The notes: generated by a model not told the origin, from the letters alone. 32,000 nt of DNA from Candidatus Saccharimonadota bacterium (GCA_049296095.1 JBAQRV010000001.1:330001-362000); one strand, 5' to 3'. Positions 1 to 7,731 are shown, numbered from the stretch's first letter. Numbers and translations: made by a program.

Positions 1-9
1 CCAGATCAT

Positions 10-216
10 TTATGACTCGCTGTCGAACTTCTTCTTGACGACCTTGATATCATTCTTAAGTTTTGTAAGATCCTTCTCGATCTCCTCAGCCAGCTTCTCG
101 GCCGCTTTGAATTTATCAACCGCACTCTCGAGCTTAAATGAGGCGCCTTGAAACCAAGCTACCATCTCTGACAACTCAGTTAATTTTTCTTGAACTGATT
201 TATTTGCTTCTGACAT
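10..216 (-). CDS. xseB: Exodeoxyribonuclease VII small subunit
   Basis: 68-aa helical, charged protein of XseB size and composition. It overlaps the 3' end of xseA by 17 nt. GGAGGT Shine-Dalgarno (rc of 222-227) lies 5 nt upstream of the ATG. Confidence 0.8.
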   Translation of the reverse strand: MSEANKSVQEKLTELSEMVAWFQGASFKLESAVDKFKAAEKLAEEIEKDLTKLKNDIKVVKKKFDSES

Positions 217-1291
217 CTTGTACCTCCGCTTTCATGATTGTCTTCATTGTTTCTATCTCCAGCACCGACCCCACCCGTTGCTCACCGCGGAGCAGTGCGT
301 AGCCTCGTTGCAGGACATTGTCTGGATTAAGCTGACTCACCACGACGCGCAGTGTCGCCAAGTGTTCAAACGTCCCATCCAATTTCTCTTGGATACGCCG
401 AAAGGCGGCATCCAGGCTTTCGCGAGTGCGTGCACTGTATTGATCGATGGCTTGCGCCAGAATATACCCGATTGACGTCGCCTGCTGATGGGCAGCTCGA
501 ATAATTTCCTGGCGATCTGGCACTAGAATCTGCGCCGCATTGGTCGGCGTCGCCGCACGGACATCTGCGATCATATCTGCTAAGGTATGATCGACTTCGT
601 GCCCTACCCCAACCAGCGTCGGGATGCGACTCTCGGCAATTGCCCGCGCTAACGGTTCATCATTAAAGGTTGAAAGATCCTCGGCACTTCCTCCGCCGCG
701 AATAATCACCAGAACCTCAGGCAAAGATTCGAGGCTATTGAAATAGCGAATCGCCCGAATAATCTGATCAGCTGCTGGCACACCCTGCACCTGCGTATGT
801 GCCACGTCAACGCGTAACCCACCCCATCGTTCATTAATAATTTTGACAAAATCAGCATAAGCCGCCGATTCGGTACTGGTAATCACCCCGACATGTGTCG
901 GTACCGCCGGCAGTGGACGCTTACGCTCAGCCGCAAATAACCCTTCGGCTTCTAGTTTGGCTTTTAATAACTCAAAGCCTTTCTTAATCGAGCCCTCACC
1001 GACCGGCTTCACCGCCTTCACATTCAGCGTAAAGAATCCTTTTTGATTTAAGCGCGGCGCAGCCGATACAATCACCTTCATGCCGTCTTCGAGGGGCATG
1101 CGCTGCTGAAAGACATTCATGAAACAGCCGACCACTGCCGTCTCGTCTTTAATCTTAAAGCTGATCCATTTTCCTTGAATGACCTTATACTCCGCCACCT
1201 CGCCTTCGATATTAACGATCGGATAGGCGTATTCGAGCGTCTGATTCGTCAGACTGACAAAGTCGCTAACGCTAAGTAGTACGTTTTCCAT
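200..1291 (-). CDS. xseA: Exodeoxyribonuclease VII large subunit
   Basis: 363 aa with an N-terminal OB-fold-like segment (NIEGEVAEYKV...GKWISFKIKD) and the XseA catalytic core (IIRGGGSAEDL, VGHEVDHTLAD). Followed directly by xseB. Confidence 0.85.
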   Translation of the reverse strand: MENVLLSVSDFVSLTNQTLEYAYPIVNIEGEVAEYKVIQGKWISFKIKDETAVVGCFMNVFQQRMPLEDGMKVIVSAAPRLNQKGFFTLNVKAVKPVGEGSIKKGFELLKAKLEAEGLFAAERKRPLPAVPTHVGVITSTESAAYADFVKIINERWGGLRVDVAHTQVQGVPAADQIIRAIRYFNSLESLPEVLVIIRGGGSAEDLSTFNDEPLARAIAESRIPTLVGVGHEVDHTLADMIADVRAATPTNAAQILVPDRQEIIRAAHQQATSIGYILAQAIDQYSARTRESLDAAFRRIQEKLDGTFEHLATLRVVVSQLNPDNVLQRGYALLRGEQRVGSVLEIETMKTIMKAEVQDVRSK

Positions 1292-2315
1292 ATTTCGCTA
1301 CCGTGAGTTGATAGAAGACATATCCAAATAAGATCGTACCGAGTACCAAGGTCACACGGGCAATCAGCGTCCCGGCAATCGCCACGTCGGCCGACACATT
1401 ACTCGAAGCGAGAAAGGCAATCATAATCGCCTCGTACACACCCGCACCCCCAGGTGTCACCGAAATAGCACTCGCAATCGAGGCCAGGCCGAAGGCAACA
1501 AACAGCAATGCTGGGTTAATCATATAGCCAAGCGCCCAAAAAGCGATCCAGATCAAAGCAACATCAGCGAGATTAGCCAGTATCGCCCACACAAACGGTC
1601 GGATAAGGATACGTCGATCTTTACGAATCGCTATATAATCATCATGTAGCTCCCCGAAAAAGTGAATCAATACTTCAATTTTGACCAGGTTTTTCTTTCG
1701 ACCCCTTGTAAAGAACGACACGACACGATTCGCTAGTCGCGTAAGCCACTGCGAGAATTGCTCTAGACGTGGTTTGCTCTTGATAACCCAAATAACAAAC
1801 CAAGTCGCTCCGATACATAGCACCGCCAGCCCGACGCAAATGAATATAATCATACGGTCAATCCGATGATCGATCACCAAAGCGACAACCGCCACTAGTA
1901 GAATTAATAAGAAACTAATAAAGGTCAGCGCAAACCGAATAATCTGTGCCATCGTTGATCGCCCCACACCCACTCCCCGACGACTCAAGACCCAACTTAA
2001 ATATGAGAACCCGGCCGCCCCACCACTCGGCAGTACGTGGTTCACAAAATTCAGTTCCAAGGCTGTCCGTGTCATGTAGCCATGAGATACGTCCCTCAAG
2101 TCACCCTTTGACCGCAGGTATGAGAAGATCATGCCGCCAGTTGCGTAGTAACTAAAGAACTGGACGGGAACCAACAAGGCTAGTATCCAAAGGTTGATTG
2201 TATCGAGCAACATCCAGGCCTTCACAATCTCCGGCCACGCGAAAAAGATCACAACCGCAAGCAGCACGGTGGTAATGAGCGTCAGCCAGCCCCTAAGTGA
2301 TAATCCGCGTCGCAT
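1272..2315 (-). CDS. Polytopic membrane protein, flippase-like / lysylphosphatidylglycerol-synthase TM-region (UPF0104) family
   Basis: 347 aa with about 8 predicted TM helices and a basic N-terminus, an organisation typical of the UPF0104/LPG_synthase_TM family. Overlaps the xseA start by 20 nt. The family call comes from sequence feel only. Confidence 0.6.
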   Translation of the reverse strand: MRRGLSLRGWLTLITTVLLAVVIFFAWPEIVKAWMLLDTINLWILALLVPVQFFSYYATGGMIFSYLRSKGDLRDVSHGYMTRTALELNFVNHVLPSGGAAGFSYLSWVLSRRGVGVGRSTMAQIIRFALTFISFLLILLVAVVALVIDHRIDRMIIFICVGLAVLCIGATWFVIWVIKSKPRLEQFSQWLTRLANRVVSFFTRGRKKNLVKIEVLIHFFGELHDDYIAIRKDRRILIRPFVWAILANLADVALIWIAFWALGYMINPALLFVAFGLASIASAISVTPGGAGVYEAIMIAFLASSNVSADVAIAGTLIARVTLVLGTILFGYVFYQLTVAKYGKRTT

Positions 2316-2323
2316 ATGGCTTC

Positions 2324-2332
2324 ATTATAACA
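2324..2332 (-). promoter_or_regulatory. Extended -10 box TGTTATAAT, 8 nt upstream of the ATG at 2315 (leaderless-type)
   Basis: rc of 2324-2332 reads TGTTATAAT. An 8-nt spacer (gaagccat) with no SD precedes the ATG. Confidence 0.45.
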
Positions 2333-2348
2333 CTGGTATAAGATCAGG

Positions 2349-2354
2349 TATAAT
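2349..2354 (+). promoter_or_regulatory. -10 box TATAAT, 6 nt upstream of the ATG at 2361 (leaderless-type)
   Basis: TATAAT at 2349-2354, then aaacct, then ATG. No SD is possible in that spacing. Confidence 0.4.
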
Positions 2355-2360
2355 AAACCT

Positions 2361-3512
2361 ATGCACATCACCATCTTGGGCCGCCAACCGGCCATTTCTA
2401 TCGCCGAGCTCGAACGCACCTATAAAGACGTCAGCTGGTTTTCCGACATCAGCGCTCTGGTTGAAGCCGATTATATCGACATCACCCGCCTCGGTGGTAC
2501 CCAAAAAGCTGGTAAGGTCATCGACCAAGTCAACGGCACCGACTGGCGCCACGCCAGTATTAAAATTGTTCAGCACTACACTAAACTCTGGAGCCAGTAC
2601 GAAGGGAAGATTACCCTCGGCATCAGCGCCTACGGCTTCTCAACCACTCCTCGCGAGATTCAAAAGACTGGCCTGATCCTCAAAAGCAAACTCAAAGGCA
2701 CCACCGCCAGTCTCCGTCTCATCCCAAACCAAGACAACGAACTCAGCACCGCCACCTCTCACCACAATAAACTTGGCCTGTCTGATAACAAAATCGAACT
2801 TATCGTCGTCCGCGGCGCCAAAAGCATCATCATCGCAGAAAGTACTGGCGCCCAAAACATCACCGCCCTCGCCGCCCGCGACCAAGGCCGCCCAAAACGC
2901 GATGCCTTCGTCGGTATGCTCCCACCAAAGCTCGCCCAGATCATGATCAATATGGCAGGCCTCGAACAGGGTCGCATTCTCGATCCATTCTGCGGCACAG
3001 GTGTTATCCTGCAAGAGGCAGGCCTCATGAAATACGCTGTCTACGGTACAGACTTGTCAGAAAAAATGATCCGCTTCTCAGCAGAAAACTTAAAGTGGCT
3101 CCAAGAAACTCAGAATCTCTCTCTTGACGTCCACCTTCAAGAAGGTGATGCCATGACCCATCACTGGGATGCGCCGATTGATGCCGTCGTTGCCGAAACC
3201 TACCTAGGACAACCCTTTAGCGCGCCGCCATCCGCTGCCAAACTCACCGAAGTTCGTGGCAACTGTAACCATATTATCAGCACATTCTTAAAGAATTTGG
3301 GTACTCAAATCAAGTCAGGCACCCCAGTCGTCCTAGCTGTTCCTGCCTGGAAAAGCACCGATGGCAGCTTTACCCACCTACCCCTTCTCGGCCAACTCGA
3401 AAAGTTAGGCTATAAAGAAGTCCAGCTCCAAACCGTCCGCCCAGACCAGCTCCTTTACTTCCGCCCAGACCAGGTCGTGGCCCGCGAATTGCTTATCCTA
3501 ACTAAAATCTAA
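2361..3512 (+). CDS. Class I SAM-dependent RNA methyltransferase (Trm11 / UPF0020-like, putative guanine-N2 MTase)
   Basis: 383 aa. SAM motif I is DPFCGTGVILQEAG, followed by an acidic loop (YGTDLS). An upstream LPPKLAQIMINMAG segment is typical of COG1041/UPF0020 enzymes, and there is an N-terminal non-catalytic domain. Substrate is not determinable from sequence. Confidence 0.6.
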   Translation: MHITILGRQPAISIAELERTYKDVSWFSDISALVEADYIDITRLGGTQKAGKVIDQVNGTDWRHASIKIVQHYTKLWSQYEGKITLGISAYGFSTTPREIQKTGLILKSKLKGTTASLRLIPNQDNELSTATSHHNKLGLSDNKIELIVVRGAKSIIIAESTGAQNITALAARDQGRPKRDAFVGMLPPKLAQIMINMAGLEQGRILDPFCGTGVILQEAGLMKYAVYGTDLSEKMIRFSAENLKWLQETQNLSLDVHLQEGDAMTHHWDAPIDAVVAETYLGQPFSAPPSAAKLTEVRGNCNHIISTFLKNLGTQIKSGTPVVLAVPAWKSTDGSFTHLPLLGQLEKLGYKEVQLQTVRPDQLLYFRPDQVVARELLILTKI

Positions 3513-3615
3513 TCGCCATCAAGTACGCTTCAATTATTACTGTCCCTAGCAGCATAATAACTATCGTGTGTTTAACCATAGTTTCAATCTTAAACCTTCT
3601 TCGTCCTCGTTTCAT
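3502..3615 (-). CDS. Speculative small ORF, 37 aa, basic N-terminus plus one TM helix (MKRGRRRFKIETMVKHTIVIMLLGTVIIEAYLMAIRF)
   Basis: Hand-translated and below the ORF-track cutoff. ATG at 3615 is preceded by GAAAGGA 6 nt upstream, and the stop is TAG at 3502-3504. It overlaps the convergent MTase stop by 11 nt. No homology evidence. Confidence 0.25.
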   Translation of the reverse strand: MKRGRRRFKIETMVKHTIVIMLLGTVIIEAYLMAIRF

Positions 3616-3644
3616 CTTTCATCCTTTCGTTTACGCGGTTACAA

Positions 3645-3688
3645 CGCAAACACTCCGAAGAAACGAAATGGGGTGTTTACGCGATTTT
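3645..3688 (+). terminator. Hairpin plus U-tract (plus-strand sense), possible terminator of the MTase transcript or of an antisense RNA
   Basis: 9-bp stem 3648-3656 / 3670-3678 (AAACACUCC / GGGGUGUUU, one G-U pair) with a 13-nt loop. Two outer pairs can extend it, followed by CGAUUUUG. It lies about 135 nt downstream of the MTase stop. Confidence 0.4.
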
Positions 3689-3758
3689 GACCATGTCTCT
3701 AAAGTACAGAGGGTTAGGCCATTCATATCCTATCAATGAATAATGAATTTTCTTTTAA

Positions 3759-4508
3759 TTATTCGATTATGTTTGGACCGTCTGTTGATTCAGGGTTGAT
3801 CGTGCTAACGATGCGATAGAATTCATCATTAAGTATTGCTGCCGATGCAAGCCTCGCCTCTAGACGTTCAGCTTCGGCATACTTCTCTCTAGCCTCATAC
3901 ACGGCACGTTGCAAATCAAGCGTAGGCTCAAGTTCCGGCTGCAAATCATACCAATCAATTGCTGTATATACAAAGTTATATGCTAACACCGCAACATATC
4001 CAGCTTCACTCTCGTTGTCAAATAGATCGAGTACGACCCCATCAACCACATCAATAATGTCATTGTGAATGTCTCCAAACCCATCTATTTCGCCAATACG
4101 ATCGTTCATGAGATGAGCCGACCTCAAATCACGAGCGCGTTGGCCAGCTATATTCTCGTCATTCATGAGCCGCCAGGCATCGATATAATATCGGTTCAAA
4201 GCCTTATATAATCTTGGTGAGAGCTCCTTGTCGGTCATTTCGAATTGTAATGTCCTTAGACCTAAAAATGCACCTACTCGAAACGCCTTCTGGAGGTCTG
4301 GTGTAATCCCCTCAGGATTAGCTAGAAATTGAGAGTACCGACCTATCTGTACAATATTCGCATGAAGCTCTGCGGAAGCGAACAGCAGATCTTGAAGCTC
4401 GACCAAAAACTCTTGCGAACTTGGCGCAGCTTCAATCAAAGCTTGTAGCCTTTGAGCCGTAGGGTCTTCAATAACGTTCGGTGGGTATTCTTCTTCGGAG
4501 TGGTCCAT
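3759..4508 (-). CDS. Hypothetical protein (249 aa, acidic, predicted all-helical)
   Basis: Long intact ORF with an ATG start and no domain I recognise. It sits in a locally more AT-rich stretch. No obvious SD. Confidence 0.7.
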   Translation of the reverse strand: MDHSEEEYPPNVIEDPTAQRLQALIEAAPSSQEFLVELQDLLFASAELHANIVQIGRYSQFLANPEGITPDLQKAFRVGAFLGLRTLQFEMTDKELSPRLYKALNRYYIDAWRLMNDENIAGQRARDLRSAHLMNDRIGEIDGFGDIHNDIIDVVDGVVLDLFDNESEAGYVAVLAYNFVYTAIDWYDLQPELEPTLDLQRAVYEAREKYAEAERLEARLASAAILNDEFYRIVSTINPESTDGPNIIE

Positions 4509-4593
4509 ATGTGGTAAACTCGGCCGATCAGTGCTTTATCTTATGCCCCATTCTATGCTCTTTCTATTAATCTCACAACCTTCCCGTAACCCC

Positions 4594-4622
4594 TTGACTA
4601 TTCCTCCCCTATTCTGTACAAT
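4594..4622 (+). promoter_or_regulatory. Sigma70-like promoter of rpmA (TTGACT-17 nt-TACAAT)
   Basis: TTGACT at 4594-4599, a 17-nt spacer, and TACAAT at 4617-4622. AAGGAG SD at 4652-4657, 9 nt upstream of the ATG. Confidence 0.55.
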
Positions 4623-4666
4623 TAAACAGATTGAAAAGCCCTCAAAGCTTTAAGGAGAAATAATAT

Positions 4667-4939
4667 ATGTCACACGTAAAAGCAGGTGGTTCAAGCAAGA
4701 ACATCCACAATAATGCCGGGCGCCGCCTCGGTGTGAAACGCTTTGGTGGCCAAGTTGTAAACACTGGCGAAGTTATCGTCCGTCAAACCGGCAGCACCAA
4801 GGTTGCTGGTCCTGGTACCTTCCTTAGCCGTGATTACACCATTCACGCGGCAAAAGACGGCGTCGTTACCTTCTCTAAAGTAAAAAAGACCCGCTTCACC
4901 GGCAAGACCGCTTTCCGCACCCAGGTCAGCGTCCAATAA
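4667..4939 (+). CDS. rpmA: 50S ribosomal protein L27
   Basis: 90 aa with the canonical L27 N-terminus (HVKAGGSSKN...RLGVKRFGGQ). No rplU lies upstream. Confidence 0.95.
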   Translation: MSHVKAGGSSKNIHNNAGRRLGVKRFGGQVVNTGEVIVRQTGSTKVAGPGTFLSRDYTIHAAKDGVVTFSKVKKTRFTGKTAFRTQVSVQ

Positions 4940-4956
4940 TCCACTGTGATACCAGA

Positions 4957-4984
4957 AAATAACCTCCTATTTAGGAGGTTATTT
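4957..4984. terminator. Bidirectional intrinsic terminator between rpmA and the convergent 163-aa gene
   Basis: 12-bp perfect stem AAATAACCTCCT / AGGAGGTTATTT with a 4-nt loop. T-rich runs flank it on both strands. Confidence 0.7.
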
Positions 4985-4985
4985 G

Positions 4986-5477
4986 TTATTTACGAGCTTT
5001 GTAATCGTCTGCTCTATTATTAATCGCGTCGTCGCGAGTGGCGACTCGAGCAGGGCGGCGAATATTCTCTTCAATCCACTTTTCTTCATCAGATAATTCT
5101 TTGTGAATAGCAGCGCCTTCAACAGTGAGATCACTGCCGTCATAGTTCGGATCCATAAGTCGGTCATATGGATTGTTATCTTTCGTCTCAGGTGCGGGCT
5201 CATCAACACCAGTATTCTCTAATGCACCGTGGCCAAGCTTTTCTTGTTGAGCTGCATACTGCTCTGCAAGGGCAGCTTGTACCTCAGGACTTAGTCCTCC
5301 ACTTTCGTGCGCTCGACGGGCAGGGCGAGGATCGTCACCATCAGCTTCGGGACGAACAAGTACGCGACCTCTTTCATTAATATCATTCGTAAGGTCCCAC
5401 TGCTCGACTGTGCCCTTATACGCAACAAAGGCTTTTTCTCCAGTGAGTTGGACTTTTTTTGGTTCTGATTCTTGCAT
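4986..5477 (-). CDS. Hypothetical protein (163 aa, highly charged, probably largely disordered)
   Basis: Intact ORF with an ATG start, its own extended -10 box upstream and a terminator downstream. No recognisable domain. Confidence 0.65.
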   Translation of the reverse strand: MQESEPKKVQLTGEKAFVAYKGTVEQWDLTNDINERGRVLVRPEADGDDPRPARRAHESGGLSPEVQAALAEQYAAQQEKLGHGALENTGVDEPAPETKDNNPYDRLMDPNYDGSDLTVEGAAIHKELSDEEKWIEENIRRPARVATRDDAINNRADDYKARK

Positions 5478-5504
5478 ATTTGTTTTGCTCGCTTACTTAA
5501 CTTC

Positions 5505-5513
5505 ACTATAGCA
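5505..5513 (-). promoter_or_regulatory. Extended -10 box TGCTATAGT upstream of the 163-aa gene
   Basis: rc of 5505-5513 reads TGCTATAGT. It lies 27 nt upstream of the ATG at 5477, and the A-rich leader has no SD. Confidence 0.4.
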
Positions 5514-5522
5514 TAAGCTTGA

Positions 5523-5551
5523 CGAAAAAACAACCCCGTGTTACCGGGGTG
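5523..5551 (-). terminator. Intrinsic terminator after the proline-rich protein gene
   Basis: GC-rich 6-bp stem (5533-5538 / 5545-5550) followed on the minus strand by UGUUUUUUCG. It lies 26 nt downstream of the stop at 5577. Confidence 0.6.
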
Positions 5552-5576
5552 CTTTAATAATCGATTTTCTTCAAGA

Positions 5577-6053
5577 CTAGTGGCGAACTTCTCCAGTCCA
5601 ACCGGGGACTTTGCTCGGATCTGCTGGCATTGATGTCTCAATAACCCCCATGCCGAAACGTCCCTTGTCGTCTTCTACTGGTGCGGGAGTTGTTTCAGTA
5701 TTTTGTTGGACTGGTAGTGCTTCTACAGGAGCAGTCTCAGCCACAGGAGGCATACCGATAACATTGGCTGCGGCCGTGGCCTCTGGCGCAGAAGGAGCTG
5801 GAGTAACCTCAGTCCCTGATGGCACCGAGATTTGCTCAGATGCTTGCGTTGGTACTTCCGCTGCAACTGGTGGCTGTACCGTTTCAGGTACAACGATTTG
5901 TTCTGGTGTAGCCGATGCCGATACGTCTGGGTTCAGTTCGGCGACTGGAGGTGCACTAATCTGTTCTGGCAAGGGTGGAACGAGCTCCAATTTGGATGGT
6001 CCAGTCGGAGGCATACCAATCTGTTCTGAATTCGCTGCTGTTTGTCCGTCCAT
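5577..6053 (-). CDS. Proline/glutamate-rich repeat protein (158 aa, low complexity)
   Basis: AGGAGA SD 5 nt upstream of the ATG, an 8-nt gap after the REC gene, and a terminator downstream. Contains repeated (S/P)EQI-x-x-P and IGMPP motifs. No signal peptide or TM helix. Confidence 0.6.
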   Translation of the reverse strand: MDGQTAANSEQIGMPPTGPSKLELVPPLPEQISAPPVAELNPDVSASATPEQIVVPETVQPPVAAEVPTQASEQISVPSGTEVTPAPSAPEATAAANVIGMPPVAETAPVEALPVQQNTETTPAPVEDDKGRFGMGVIETSMPADPSKVPGWTGEVRH

Positions 6054-6061
6054 ATCTTCTC

Positions 6062-6460
6062 CTATTCTTTTGGTTTCTCTTCGAGCATTCCTAAATGAAA
6101 CTTCACTCGTTCAACAACGTCGCCAATGACAACTTGCGACTTCACGAGATAATCATTCACGCCGAGAGATTCAGCGCGTTCCTTGTCCTTTGGCTGACTG
6201 AGTGCGGTCAACATAATCACTCGAATATCCGCGGTTTCAGGGGTGTTACGAAGGATGTCAAGGACATCAAAACCGCTAATCTTTGGCATCATTGCATCGA
6301 GCAAAATGAGATCGGGTTTGAACTCCATTGCGGCCGACAGAGCTTCTTCCCCGTTGTTTACCTCTTTGCACTCAAAACCTTCGATTTCTAGACGAGATTT
6401 GTAAACGGCAGCCAGGGCTTCATCATCTTCGACGAGCAGAATTTTTTTCTTTGCGTCCAT
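6062..6460 (-). CDS. Stand-alone response regulator receiver (CheY-like REC domain only)
   Basis: 132 aa with a complete phospho-acceptor pocket: D12/D13, D55 (LILLDAMMP), T85 and K107. No output domain. Confidence 0.9.
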   Translation of the reverse strand: MDAKKKILLVEDDEALAAVYKSRLEIEGFECKEVNNGEEALSAAMEFKPDLILLDAMMPKISGFDVLDILRNTPETADIRVIMLTALSQPKDKERAESLGVNDYLVKSQVVIGDVVERVKFHLGMLEEKPKE

Positions 6461-6469
6461 ATGAGATTC

Positions 6470-6475
6470 ATTGTA
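6470..6475 (-). promoter_or_regulatory. -10 box TACAAT, 9 nt upstream of the REC ATG (leaderless-type)
   Basis: rc of 6470-6475 reads TACAAT. The spacer is gaatctcat, followed by the ATG at 6460. Confidence 0.35.
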
Positions 6476-6525
6476 CTACAAGGGGGACGCAAAGCACAAG
6501 CAGAACACTTTCAGTTGTTTTTCTT

Positions 6526-7731
6526 CTAAAGCAAAGCTTTGGCGGCGTCGAGTTGTGGGTCGCGACTCGCGTTAATATCCTCGGGAGTGAGCGGCACTTC
6601 TTTGTTTGGCATGATACCTTTTTCTGAGATATTGACACCATTTGGAGTGTACCACCTGGCGATGGTTACTTTCAGCTCAGCGCTCAGCGGCAAGCTGATG
6701 AGCTTCTGCACGCTTCCCTTACCAAAAGTCTTCTCACCCACCAACTGAGCAACGCCGTAGTCCTGGAGAGCACCAGCGACGATCTCGCTGGCACTGGCGC
6801 TGCTTGCATTGACCAAGACAACCGTCGGTATACCTTCGAGCAATGGATTACTGCCAGTCTTTAGTTCATCGATAACCGTCGAACCTTTTCGTTCACTCAC
6901 GACAACCTTTTTATTCAACCACAGGCCCGCTAATTCTTGAGCTGAGGTAACATAGCCACCGCCATTACCTCTCAGATCAAGTACGACGCCTGTCACCTTG
7001 GCATCCTTAAATTCCTGAGCAACTTCGCGTGCCTGATCACCAGTTTCGCCGTCAAAACGAGTGACGGTCATAATTCCGATACCATTTTCAATCGTAGAAT
7101 AAACACTCGGATTGTTAACTTGGGCGCGAGTAATGGTGAAGTCCTGCGTTGCTGTTCCTCGCAAAACCGTTAACTTTACGGTTGTACCAACCTCACCGCG
7201 GATCTTCGAAACGGTCTCTTCAACATTCCATCCGTCCGTGTTCTCGTCGTTCACCGCGACAATAACATCGTTCACAGTCACACCCGCCTTTTCAGCAGGA
7301 TTACCCCTCACTATTCGGATAACGGTAGGAACATCGTTTCGAAGCCCAACTTCAATACCGACACCGCCGCCAATATTACCCGTCAGACTATTATCAAACT
7401 CGGTCGTTTGCTGGGTATTCATATATACCGTGTACTCGTCACCTAATGCCTCGACAAGCCCCCTATTGGCACCCTCGATCAATGCCGTGTCATCAATAGT
7501 CCCGTCATAGTTAGCCTTGAGTGCCTGGTAGGTTGCTTGAACTGAAGAAAGATCGAGCGTTCCAGTGTATACTTTTGCTCCGAATAACGGCGCGACTGCC
7601 CCAAAGATCTGCGTATTAAAGGTTCCGGCGATATACCCAAGACCAGCAATAAACACAAATGCCACCACCATAATACTCACAGGTATACGGCGCGGCGCTT
7701 GTTGTCGGCGCGACTTTGAATGCTCAGTCAT
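6526..7731 (-). CDS. S41 family C-terminal processing peptidase (Ctp/Prc-like) with PDZ domain
   Basis: N-terminal TM anchor, PDZ domain (RGNPAEKAGVTVNDVIVAVN), and S41 motifs (LDLRGNGGGY, ASASEIVAGALQD, TFGKGSVQ). The start is placed at the ATG at 7731 because GGAGGGAG lies 6 nt upstream. The ORF-track start at 7773 is an upstream extension. Confidence 0.9.
   Translation of the reverse strand: MTEHSKSRRQQAPRRIPVSIMVVAFVFIAGLGYIAGTFNTQIFGAVAPLFGAKVYTGTLDLSSVQATYQALKANYDGTIDDTALIEGANRGLVEALGDEYTVYMNTQQTTEFDNSLTGNIGGGVGIEVGLRNDVPTVIRIVRGNPAEKAGVTVNDVIVAVNDENTDGWNVEETVSKIRGEVGTTVKLTVLRGTATQDFTITRAQVNNPSVYSTIENGIGIMTVTRFDGETGDQAREVAQEFKDAKVTGVVLDLRGNGGGYVTSAQELAGLWLNKKVVVSERKGSTVIDELKTGSNPLLEGIPTVVLVNASSASASEIVAGALQDYGVAQLVGEKTFGKGSVQKLISLPLSAELKVTIARWYTPNGVNISEKGIMPNKEVPLTPEDINASRDPQLDAAKALL

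Noticed and set aside
2194-2676. 160-aa plus-strand ORF spanning the divergent promoter region and the methyltransferase 5' end
   Set aside because: It overlaps two well-supported genes in other frames or strands and crosses the intergenic promoter region. Its composition is typical of an out-of-frame artefact.
5611-6129. 172-aa plus-strand ORF (Gly/Ser/Thr-rich) antisense to the proline-rich gene and the REC 3' end
   Set aside because: It is a shadow frame of a low-complexity repeat. It has no SD or promoter and runs across the end of the well-supported REC gene. The minus-strand ORF has an SD, a terminator and co-orientation with its neighbours.
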